Below are positions 39,284 through 51,117 of a stretch of DNA of 64,000 nucleotides, piece by piece. The position numbers and the translations under genes were made by a program. The notes under the pieces are model-generated. The model was not told where the DNA came from. It did no database searches and saw nothing but the letters and a program-made list of their open reading frames with translations. Source of the stretch: Octopus bimaculoides (taxonomy: Eukaryota); contig NC_068998.1 of assembly GCF_001194135.2 (NCBI RefSeq), positions 24,464,206-24,528,205 on the forward strand, in the 5' to 3' direction. Within the stretch, counting starts at the first letter, position 1. The number at the start of each line of letters is the position of its first letter.

Positions 39284-42200
39284 ATATATATGTATGTATA
39301 TGTATATGTGTAAATTGTTTGCCATGGCTCACACTTTACGGTACCGGTAAAAAAAAAGTAATTACAAACTGAAAAGGGAGCTTGACAAAATTAACTAAAT
39401 TAGCATAGAATAAGGGTTTCATATTTTTTTATAATTAAGATCTAAACTGTTGATATATGAATGCAGAAGAGATAGTTGAATAACTGTAAACCTAACATTT
39501 AACATTCATTTCCATGTTGGCGTGGGATGGATGGCTCAACAGGAACTGGCACATTGGAAGACTGCAACAAGACCAAAATATTTCATGCTGGAGATGAAAC
39601 AGTACATAATTACTTTGGAATAAAATTTGTAATTTAAAAGACCTACTTCAAATAATCAAATCATTTGTTTTGTATGAAACCAGACTGGAATAACTATGGC
39701 TGCAAAATACTTCAGATTTGATCAGTTGAAAACTCTCTACAAAGCTCAAAAAGGTTCAACATGTGTATACTGCTCATACATTTAACATTTTTCTACTGTG
39801 ACACATACTAACATTGGTTCTGACAGCCTCCAAAAATAGCCATTCTGTTGACAGACAAAGACTCACTCCTTTCATACACACATTTCCTCATTCTGCCTTT
39901 TTCTTTTTACCAATAGCAAACACCCTCTGCTACTCAGAGATGATGAAATCTACCATACAAATGTATCGTTCTTTTTATCATTCATACTGTCCTCTTTCTG
40001 CAAACAACAGGTTAATCACTAATCCCAGTCCTACCTCCTCAGAACTCAAACTTCTGGTATTCTTTGTTAACTCATGTTTTTCCAGTAGATAACCGCTTAT
40101 GGCTGGTTACATTGAATATCAACCGGCTCAATCTCACTCAATCTCAGAAAACTAGCAAAGGTCACTGGTACTTCCATAAAAAGAAAGGAAAATGAAAAAA
40201 AGGAAGAAAAGAAATGTTGATGAAAAGTGAAAAGTGGATAGCAGAATATCTGCAGAAACTGAAAGGGATGGATATAAGGGCTGGATATCAAATGGGTGAT
40301 CAGATATTCCATGGTAAATTATAAGGAATGGTGAAAATTTAATGCTAAAAGTAATGTATTCAAGAAAAAATTCTTCGCTGGAATAAATAATGCATGATTA
40401 TTGAAGAAAGTGCTGCGAGCTGGTTCGAAGCAGAGAGAATTGGTAACAATGGTAAAATCAGAAAGTCTTAGGAAGAAGTTTTTAAATCAGATGTTTTTTG
40501 TTTTATTTTATTCTATTTTATTTATTTTCTGACAAAGTGACATAGGATTGTGAAAAGCAAGGAGTGATGTTAAGATGCTGACTTCTAAAATCTTATGCCA
40601 GTACATGAAAAGATTTTGCACAAGAGGATGGTGAGAGCTTGGGACATATGAACTTGCCAAAAAATACAGAATTGAACCTGACATAAATGTAACTTCTCTT
40701 TTCTGTGATGAACATTCTCTAAGTATTGTTACTAATGAGAGAATATGTACGACAATATAGGTAAATATTGATTAAGTCACCCAATAAAATATATTCAATC
40801 CATGACAGTGACTGCAGGCTATTTTTTATAAGCTTATCTAGCTATATAGTTTTGTGGCCATCATTTGAGAAAGAAAGAAAGAAAGAAAGATATAAATAAA
40901 TAAATAAAGAAAGAAAGAAAGAAAGAAAGATATAAATAAATAAAGATAGAAAGAAAGAAAGAACGAAAGAAAAGAAAGTAATGTCAACCACAGAATAAGA
41001 AGTCTGAGTCAGCTGATACAATTCCTCTCATGGAATTTAAGTGGCAGTCATAAATATTATTTGTCAACATCTTTTATTAGATGAGCAATTAAATGTATTG
41101 TATTTTATTAAGATTTATGACTTTAAATAATTTTACCTAGAAAGGAATCAGATTTTAAATTAGATCAGTAGTGCTATTAAAAAGATTTTTCAGCACAAAT
41201 ATTGTACATTGTATGTCTTTGTAGAGAATTAAACTTCTTTTTGCCATTAGCGTTTTATATAGTTATTATTATTATTGTTATTATATATATATATTTCTTA
41301 TTGTTTCTTATGAATTCATTTATAAATAAAATAGAGTGTATCTATTTAAAAATCAATAGTGACTGAACAACACAGAGAAAGAAGTACTCAAGAATTACTT
41401 GAAAACTTCTTTGATAATTACTGATGTGCAACAAAAATGTTCACCAATAGTAACAATATCTAAATAAGTTTTATAGGAAAATGAAATTTTTATTAGCATT
41501 TCAAAGCAGACAAACCCAGTTATTTGTATCTAAATGACATCAGTGGTGAACAGCTATTCATTGGACTAAGTAGTCTAGTTTCAATTCTTAGTAAAATTTG
41601 ATTCACTTCAAGTTGTTGTTACTTAGCCCCTTGTCATTTCCAATAAAACAAACTTGTTGTCAAATACATTCAAACCATGACCAAGCTATATATTGGTCAA
41701 TACAGAATCATCAGAGACTAAATACCCTTCCATACACCCTAACATAACCTTCCATTTAAAAAATGCTAAAGATATGATTTCAAAGACATTTAGCAGTTAT
41801 TTAAACTATATATAGACAGTTTTATAATTAATCAGTTTAATGATTAATCACCTAGTTTCAGTTCTGATTAGAATCTCATTCACTTCATGCTTTTGTTACT
41901 GTTTAGTTTTATTCCAAGCTTGATTAAGCAAACGTATGGTCAAATGCATCACAACTGAGACCAAACTTTTTTTTGATATGGTTGAAATAAAACTACACTA
42001 TTCAATTCTCGGTGTGTCTGAAATAGATGTAGCTACTATTTCTGGTAGGATGAGGGATCACGTAGAGAGTTTCTCATTGGTTCCTTAATTAAAATAGTTT
42101 CCATTCTGAGTAGAACCTAATCCACTTCATGCTGTTGCTTGATTCCATATCAGTCATAACTAAAAAAATCTGCAGTCAAATGTATTTCAGCTTCGACCAT

Positions 42201-43799
42201 CCTATCTTTAGTCAAACCAGTAAGTGTAACCAAGACTATTATAACTTGTAGCAGATTCAAAACCAAATCGCTGGACATCCATGTGAATGCTGCACTGAGT
42301 TCACTATTGTTTCACGTGGTTGGCCGATTAACCAACCAGTCAGCTTTGAGTTATCATGTACTTCAGCTTTCTCAAACTTTCTAATGAGCCTTATAAAAGG
42401 TAGAGTTTCAGTGGTACCCTCAGAATGCCAAGACATTTATGTCCATTCTCTGACTGTGCAGAGTGAAGGTACAGATATGCCATCATGAATTTTGTGGAAT
42501 ATTTCCCCAGTTGTGATGGCCTAATTCACAAATCAATATGTACCAACTATTTGGTACATATTGATTTGTCTCTCTCAGTGTATATTGTCTTTCTCAGTGT
42601 ATATGATTGTCTCTCTCAGTGTATATAATTGTCTCTCTTGGTGTATATAAATTGCAGTCTTTATTCATCATCTCATGACCAAAACAGAAAACACTATGTG
42701 CAATAAATAAAGCTTCTATTAATTGTTTGTGAGTGTTGCTTATTACTTTAAATGCATCCAACAGGCAATAGCTGCAACAATTTAAAGTGACATTACCTTT
42801 TTTGAGGTGTTAGGATGTGTTTCCAGGGAGATTTGGAAGATATTTCTAGCAGGTTAAACAACTCTATAGAGGCTACTTTAAGTAGCTCATGATTCATTTC
42901 ATTTATGATGTTTCTATGAATGGTGCGGAATCTTGGGTTTATGCCAAACTTTAAAAGAAATCAATATTTAAAAGAGATCATTACTGTAGATTGTGGAAGA
43001 TAGACAACTAATAGTCTATTTGTTGCACAGAGATGATGAATATAAGCTGCGAATTGATATAGTTTACACCTGAACTATTCTGTTAAATTCTTTCGACACT
43101 CTTAATACCAGTACTTGAGAATGTATCTAATTATCAGTAAGTCGTATTTGAAATATAAAACTATCAAAATAATAATGGTAATTCATCCTTTTAATACACT
43201 ATCAAAATCTTTTGCTGTAACAAACTCTTAACTTCTATTATTATAATTTCATTCAACTCTATGGTGCATTATAAAAACATAAAATAACCAGTAGTACTTG
43301 ACTGATCGGTTATGTGTTCTAAAATACTGTCTATGTGCATCATATATATTCTATGTTATGAACAACATTATGAACACAGTAGAAACTTGGCTATGTCAGT
43401 GACATTAGAAAGAGAAGCAAAACAATTAGACTTATGAAAGCCACACAAAACAGATCAAAATTTAGTATACATAAGCCAACAAGAAAGTCTCTATATGATC
43501 ATGTAATCTTCAAGAAACAGTAGCCAAAAACTCATCATCAAATTGCATCCAACCATATTAGGGAGAAAAAAGTCATATTGCATAGCAGAGCCCTAGACAC
43601 AACAAAAAACGACCAGTTGGCCAGATCTGGAATGCATAAAGGTCTATCGGTTCAGGGACGGCCTGGTGTTAAACAACAGCAAAAGCAGGGCATTAGTCCT
43701 GTGTGTGTGCTTTGGTTTTATAGTTATCATTTTAATTAGGAATGACAGCTAAGACCAACTTAGCTTACACGAATTTTATGATTGATAATATAATCACTC

Positions 43800-44597
43800 T
43801 GGATGAGGACAGCTGTGTGAGGAAGTGCCCCACCCTAACTGTGGAAGGAACCTATGGAAGAGGTAGACCCAAGACGACATTGGATGAGGTGGTGAAGCAT
43901 GGCCTTTGAATGTTGGGCCTCACAGAGGCAATGACAGGAGACTGAGACCTGTGGAGATATGCTGTGATTGAGAAGACCTGGCAACTAAAGAGAGATCTCT
44001 GCCATGGCTGATGCCAATGTTGCATGTCCAGCCCATTCAAAAGTACCCTTGATGCATCGGGTGATATATGCTTCAGAAGACCTGCTGAGTCAAGTAAAAC
44101 CAAAATCGTAGCTATGGCCAATGCTACCTGACTGGCTCCCATTCTGGTGGCATGTAAAATGTACCATCAAAACGTGGTCGATGCCAGTGCTTCCTTACTG
44201 GCTGTTGTGCCTGTGGCATGTAAAAAACACCATCTGAACGTGGTCGATGCTAGCTCCGTCTGACTGGCTCCCATGCCTGTGGTATGTAAGAAAACACCGT
44301 CTGAACATGGCTGATGCCAGTCCCCACTGACTGGCTCCTGTGCTGGTGGCACGTAAAAAGCATTATCCATACGTGATGGATGCCAGGGCTGCCTGGCTGC
44401 CCCCCATGCTGGTGACATGTAAAAAGCACCCACTACACTCTTGGAGTGGTTGGCATTAGGAAAGACATCCAGCTGTAGAAACATTGCCAGTTCAGATTGA
44501 AGCCTGGTGAAGCCACTGGCTCTCCAAACCTCAGTCAAACCGTCCAACCCATGCCAGCATGGAAAGTGGAAGTTAAAGGATGATGATGATGATGACA
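43800..44597 (+). mobile_element. short RTE copy with 3'-UTR tandem array
   Basis: DEDSCVRKCPTLTVEGTYGRGRPKTTLDEVVK...DLWRYAV; about five ~66-bp tandem units at 44110-44435; (GAT)n tail. Confidence 0.85.
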
Positions 44598-45339
44598 TAT
44601 ATGCACACACACATGTATATATAGGTCTGTATATATATACAATTGACAATCCAATAATTTATTTATATTATAACATAATATACTATGAATGTAATATAAC
44701 ATAATAAAGATAACATAAACAATTATTATGACTTCAAAATTCCAAAGATTTGTTTCAACTTATATACATTTTTTGATATATAAACAATTCCCCTATATGT
44801 AAGTCTCTTCAGAGGCAGAGTTTAAAGATAGACGAAATTCCATGTGAAAAGATGGTTGGATTGTAAAAAAATTATTCAAACGCCTATGCATTATGAGTGA
44901 GAGTCCTAGCTATTCAATTACATATCAATTACAATTAAAAAAACAATCACAACAAAAAAATTTTAATGGACAAAATAATTAAGTAAGTGTAATCTACAAC
45001 TATCAAAATATATTTCTATATATCTCAAAATATATTAATCCAAACTCGTTTATGTCTAAGAGAATCTTTCGCTATTATAACACACAACAATACTATACAT
45101 GCATATATAATTAAGTATTAGGGTCTTGCTTAATCTAGAATTGTGATAAAACATGTAAAAGAATATAAATGATAATTATATCTTTAATATATAATAACTC
45201 TTCTATTTATTTAAAGCTATTGATATACAAAAAATAATAATTTGCATTATAACCATATTTATATGGCATTCAACTGATATACCAGTTAATTGGATGTTTC
45301 ACACACTCCATTGAAGGAATTATTTTCCTTAGTTTGTTA

Positions 45340-45381
<42 letters not shown>

Positions 45382-46083
45382 NNNNNNNNNNNNNNNNNNN
45401 NNNNNNNNNNNNNNNNNNNNNNNNNNNNNNNNNNNNNNNNNNNNNNNNNNNNNNNNNNNNNNNNNNNNNNNNNNNNNNNNNNNNNNNNNNNNNNNNNNNN
45501 NNNNNNNNNNNNNNNNNNNNNNNNNNNNNNNNNNNNNNNNNNNNNNNNNNNNNNNNNNNNNNNNNNNNNNNNNNNNNNNNNNNNNNNNNNNNNNNNNNNN
45601 NNNNNNNNNNNNNNNNNNNNNTTCAAACCAAAATAAGTAAAATTGACATCAGATTTGAGCGAAATCCGTTGAAATTGATTGGCTGAAAATCGTTTGCTGG
45701 CAATTTGATTGTGAAATCCCATAAGGAATCAGTTTATTGGTTATTTCCACTCATTGACTGCTTTTTTAAAGTTACATTAGAGATCTGCATAAGAGAAGGT
45801 TGATCTGAAGGTTTGCATTGGGGATCTGGATTGGAGCAACTTAGGAAAACTTACCAACAGCCTTAACCAAAAAATAAGAGGCCTGTCCCGTCTAGGTTAC
45901 GTCTATGAGTAACTTAGCCAATCACTGATATCAGTTGAGTGAGCATTGTTGTTGGAGAAGTCAGCATTGTCCAATAAAAAAAGAGGAAGAGTCTATAAGT
46001 CATGTTGCCATGGTTTGAGAATATGTCTGGCCAATGCTTCCGGATCACTGTTTATAACCACATCGGCTGCAATGACAACTTGT

Positions 46084-48764
46084 CTATAAAACTTCGCTAT
46101 AGACCACATTGCGTGTCCTGCCCTGAGGAGCATACACCCTTATTGGCCATTGTGCATTCGTCCCATACAATGAGACGGCACTGTCTAAGAGCTTCAGCTT
46201 CCTCTGAATTTTTGCTAATGTTGCAAGTAGGAACCTCGGCCCTAACCAAATCCAAAGGCAGCTTAAATGCCGAGTGCGCCGTCCTACCTCCTGGCAATAA
46301 CGTAGCAGCGATTCCCGAGGAGGTAACGGCTAGCGCAATTTGTTTCTCGCGACGAATCTTAGCAAGTATTAATCGTGTTACAAAGGATTTGCCGGTACCT
46401 CCAGGAGCATGGAGGAAAAAATGCTACCCACCTGTTTTTCAACGGCACTGACGACAGTTTCGTACGCCAGCCTCTGATCAGCGAGCAATTTTGGTTCATT
46501 TACTCTCAGGTACTCCGCAAGGCAATCAGCATCATACGACAACTCCAGAAGTAACTGTCGCAATGAGGAATGCAAACCGAATGTGTTCAATTCCACCCCA
46601 CCCATTTTGAGCAGGGCAGCCAATTGGGCAACATTGTGCTCAGAAAAGTATACACGTTGACCATTCTCCAAATGAACAGTCAGATGCATGATTGCTGGAT
46701 GCCTTTGGTGGAGGGGGAAACTGAAAATATGCCAAAAAGCCTCATTGCTGCTGATGTACCGCCCCGACAGTTACTCAGAAACTTCACCTCTTCCACTGGC
46801 ACTTTGAAGGCCAAATACGGCGGCATCGGAGCCTTTGTTATTGTACTTACAAATGTACTTAATAGCTTTAACGGAACTGCAAAATTCAACATTTATATGG
46901 GCGTTAAAAATCTTCAAGAGAAGTGGGCAGTAAGGGACAACGCACCGATTGTCGACGTTACTTCCCTTTACTGTTGTGGTGAAGCCACTGTTCTCAAGCT
47001 GTCTCCGTCTGTACAGGGTGTACCCGTCTCCATTAGTCATGTCTCATCAACAAATTGCTTAGGGAATCCCTTACTACATGACCCGTTCTGTAGGCACGCA
47101 TGATGGACATCAACACCCATCCCACACGGACCATGAATCATGTTCATGCTGACAATGTCATATAACTTATGGTCGATGACAAGGTTAGGAATCTCAGCTG
47201 AGATGATTGCATCAACATTATTAGAGTTGATTTTTGTCGCTAGCCAAATCAGAATGTGAGCATGTGGATTTCCTCTCTTCTGCCATTCCACGGTGTACAT
47301 GTCGCACTTGACTGGCCCAAAAATCTGCCCCTTTTTGATTAATGACATCAACTTGGCCAACTTTAGCTGGAACACTCAAGCAAGTAGGTCATGCCTGCGG
47401 GCAGGTTGTTGCCCAGGGTAAAGTTCACAGGTTATTTCCACCCACTTTGGGTTGCATGTGAACGTAATAAACAGGTCCGGACGACCATAATTTCGGACGT
47501 ACGTCATTGCGTCCTGGATTCGTTCGTGCTTGTACCTGGGTCCCCCCGTGTAGCTGGAGGGTAATATGCAGGTCTTTCCCAGGCTTCGGGTATCGGCATC
47601 ATTCTGGATCCCATCTCGTAGATGAATGTAGCTGTTACGGCGCAGCTCTTCCTGGTGTGTTTTTATAAAACACAGACGCTCGGATTCAACCTTGGCAGGC
47701 ATGTCTACTGCAAACTGATGAAGTAGGTCTCGCCACCGATGCAAGTGACTGAAGCTGTTCACCCGCAGCATAAATCTGTAGGCATAATATGCCCTTGACG
47801 ACACTGTTTTGGCCAATGTCACAGAGGGGTCTTTGGGTTGACCATGTTGAATGCCGAAATGGTGACCATCTTCCCCGCAAGTGAACAAAAGGGGGTACTG
47901 TAGGCTGTCGTAAGAGCGGTGAGTTTCACTAATCCTACGAAGGCCGCCGCCACGGCATGAAGTAACTATATCTTTGGGGTTGTGTTGGTCCCCATGAAGA
48001 ACGACTGCCACCTCATTGCATGCGGGAGCATTGAAGCAGCGAGCATGCCCCCCAGATGGCCTCTTGTCAGCGTCAATGATGACATTGTAGTTGGAACAGG
48101 GTGCGTTCTCAAACGCGCATTTGAAGCTGAGGATGTAACTGTTGTGCTCGTGCAGCATTGTNNNNNNNNNNCGGACAACTTTAGCCCCAAAGGAGGTCAT
48201 CTGGAAAGCGCAATTGTATATACTGATAAGTTGAAAAAATCTGGATGACCTTGGCGCAGACCCTGCCAGCAGGTCCTTCAAAGGCTGTGGAGGTTCTTCA
48301 AGTGGTGGCAGCTGCACTTTGCCATTTGAGCAGCACATCCCAGGTGGTTCGGTTGACCATTTCTTAACATTGCAGTGCTTACAGGTGGAGCACATACCCC
48401 CAATCTCGATTTCAGAACGGGAGAATTGGCAGTGGCAGCAGCATTCTTAGAATTGCGTGTTTCCCGTTGTTCAGCTGTCTCAGTTGCTCTTGTATTGACA
48501 GTGGCAACAGTGTTTTTTTGAATTGCGAGCAGATCGAGCTGAGCTAGTTTCTTGAAAACGCACCGAACGGTCATACGACCTCCTCCTTTGTAGTCGCATA
48601 GCTTTTTCGTCGTCACTTTCAGTGACTCTCCTGCTCAAAGCATGCAAAGAGGTGTGAGCCAATCGCAAATTAGTTTTGTCAGAAGTCTCATTGACCCTTC
48701 TAGCCCTCTGTGCCAACGCAGCAGCCGTTCGGTGCCCGAGACAGATTCTTTTCTTAGGTGGCAT
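46084..48764 (-). pseudogene. Helitron RepHel (HUH Rep endonuclease + PIF1-like helicase), disrupted
   Basis: MPPKKR start; CSTCKHC..KW..EPPGMCCSNGKV zinc motif; YDSLQYPLLF; GRPDLFITFTCNPKW; VEWQKRGNPHAHILIW (47250-47291); IKYICKY (~46843-46860); Walker A APGGTGKS (~46385-46408); GGRTAHSAFKLPL; IVWDECTM; C-terminus YAPQGRTRNVVYSEVL* (TAG at 46084-46086). Several frameshifts, two in-frame stops, two large deletions. Confidence 0.95.
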
Positions 48765-49363
48765 TTTGTAAATTGGGAGAGAGAGAAAATGAAACTGACA
48801 GATGGGGAAATGTGATTAAATGAAGGCACAAATAAAACTGAAGTTGCGGTTCTGATGAACAAAAAATCAGCAATAAGAACAAAACTGTTTTCAAACATAG
48901 ACAACGTTACCCGGTTGTTTTCAATTAAGAGTAACTTGTTTCGTCAAACAAACAGCTGAAAAATAAAGCAAAATGCAATAGAATAGAATGAAATTGAAAT
49001 ATATAATAAAATTAAAAAATTAAGAATACAGACTCTCTACGTAAGAAATATGCTACAAAACCCTGTTTTTGAAACTATATCTCATGTTTAAGAAGAAAAA
49101 AAAAGCATTTTACATTTTCAGCCTCGGAAATCCCCCCACCCACGCACACATTGATCTTTTCACCATCTATTTTTCAATGCAAGGGGAAAATACGAAGATT
49201 AAGAATATGGAAAACATATTTTTAAATCTCAAATTTACCACGTACAGGTAAATTTTTAGATAACACTCGCACGATTTTCACTAAGAAAAAAATAAATGGG
49301 ACACTGACAAATTGTTACATAACTCGTTGTTTCATTGTTGTTAAATAAATGGATGACGATCTT

Positions 49364-49691
49364 ACGGTACGAGTCCTAAATATGGGCTTTTTCCGGAAAA
49401 AGTGTCATCGGCGATCTTTACCAAAGATCGGCCTTTTCCGTAACNNNNNNNNNNNNNNNNNNNNNNNNNNNNNNNNNNNNNNNNNNNNNNNNNNNNNNNN
49501 NNNNNNNNNNNNNNNNNNNNNNNNNNNNNNNNNNNNNNNNNNNNNNNNNNNNNNNNNNNNNNNNNNNNNNNNNNNNNNNNNNNNNNNNNNNNNNNNNNNN
49601 NNNNGGTTAGGGTACGGAAAAGGCCGATCTTTGGTAAAGATCGCCGAAGACACTTTTTACGGAAAAGGCCGATTTTTAGGGCTCTTACTGT
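49364..49691. mobile_element. long-TIR MITE-like insertion inside the Helitron 5' region
   Basis: 49364-49444 and the reverse complement of ~49611-49691 align over ~80 bp (AAAAAGTGTC.TCGGCGATCTTTACCAAAGATCGGCCTTTTCCGTA); centre is an N gap bordered by GGTTAGGG; no TSD found. Confidence 0.65.
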
Positions 49692-50329
49692 CGTGAAATA
49701 TAAACAAAACTCTTTCGCTACCAAAGTAGCATGTGTGTGAATGAGAGGTGGGGGAGAAAGATAAACGATATAAAATAAATAAATAAATATATTTTAATTG
49801 TTGTGTGAGAAAGTACATATAATCTCATTATAAACTTTAGTGTCTTTCAAAAACATTGAACCTATATCTCATGTTTAAGAAGGAAAAAAAAAACTGACAT
49901 TTAAATTTTTGATGAACGCTGCCATTTTATCTTCCTTTTCTTTCATTGGACGCTTTCTTTCTCCCTTTCACAGTTTTTCTTGACTTTTTTTTGTTAGACG
50001 CGAGCAAACAATCTGTATTTCTCTCTGAGTCACTCTCTCACACATACATAAACACAATTTGTCTCTCTTCTTCATGCGCATACGCCTCCTTCACGCGCAT
50101 ACGCCTCCTTTACGCGCATACGCATATGGCTGAAAATCGATTTTTACAGCTATACGCGGGTGCCTATGACAGAAAAAGTTGACGAAAATGCAGATAGGGT
50201 CATGACAAATCTCCTAAAATTGGAGCGACATGCGTGCTAATTTGTGGACGTGCATAAGCTACATTCACGTACGTACACACACACACGCACACATCTTGTC
50301 TTATATAGATACTGATATATATATACCGG

Positions 50330-50505
50330 CGTAAGCACATAAATGTGCAACAAGGTGGAAAAAAGAGTACTGGAATACCAAAGGTAGAGTAATATGCTTT
50401 ATTTAAAAGCAGCAGAAATATAACAAAAGACTGTTACTCGGAGTTTCACGTTCCAGTTCATCGAGTAACAGTCTTTTGTTATATTTCTGCAACTTTTAAA
50501 TTAAG
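50330..50505. mobile_element. Penelope-like terminal segment with 39-bp fold-back
   Basis: Arms 50402-50440 and 50462-50500 (2 mismatches), 21-nt loop; minus strand reads GATGA-AC-TGGAAC-GT-GAAA-CTC-C-GAG-TA-ACAG (hammerhead-like 3' part); lies in TA repeats. Confidence 0.5.
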
Positions 50506-51117
50506 TATATATATATATATATATATNNNNNNNNNNNNNNNNNNNNNNNNNNNNNNNNNNNNNNNNNNNNNNNNNNNNNNNNNNNNNNNNNNNNNNNNNN
50601 NNNNNNNNNNNNNNNNNNNNNNNNNNNNNNNNNNNNNNNNNNNNNNNNNNNNNNNNNNNNNNNNNNNNNNNNNNNNNNNNNNNNNNNNNNNNNNNNNNNN
50701 NNNNNNNNNNNNNNNNNNNNNNNNNNNNNNNNNNNNNNNNNNNNNNNNNNNNNNNNNNNNNNNNNNNNNNNNNNNNNNNNNNNNNNNNNNNNNNNNNNNN
50801 NNNNNNNNNNNNNNNNNNNNNNNNNNNNNNNNNNNNNNNNNNNNNNNNNNNNNNNNNNNNNNNNNNNNNNNNNNNNNNNNNNNNNNNNNNNNNNNNNNNN
50901 NNNNNNNNNNNNNNNNNNNNNNNNNNNNNNNNNNNNNNNNNNNNNNNNNNNNNNNNNNNNNNNNNNNNNNNNNNNNNNNNNNNNNNNNNNNNNNNNNNNN
51001 NNNNNNNNNNNNNNNNNNNNNNNNNNNNNNNNNNNNNNNNNNNNNNNNNNNNNNNNNNNNNNNNNNNNNNNNNNNNNNNNNNNNNNNNNNNNNNNNNNNN
51101 NNNNNNNNNNNNNNNNN

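Larger units (their letters stand above)
45622..50309 (-). mobile_element. Helitron, internally deleted (non-autonomous)
   Basis: 5' terminus A|TCTATATAAGACAAGATGTGTG... (TC at 50309-50308, host A at 50310); Rep/helicase pseudogene inside; 3' terminus not seen, may lie in the N gap 45382-45621. Confidence 0.85.

Noticed and set aside
42560-42655. Short local tandem duplications (20-bp x4 here; 36-bp x2 at 52523-52592; 14-15-bp x2 at ~16445 and ~15478)
   Set aside because: Typical slippage products with no further structure.
46002-47103. Plus-strand ORFs of 149 and 177 aa
   Set aside because: Antisense shadows of the Helitron RepHel pseudogene; no independent motifs.
49605-49613. Telomere or interstitial telomeric array
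   Set aside because: Only one GGTTAGGG unit is visible, inside a MITE-like palindrome.
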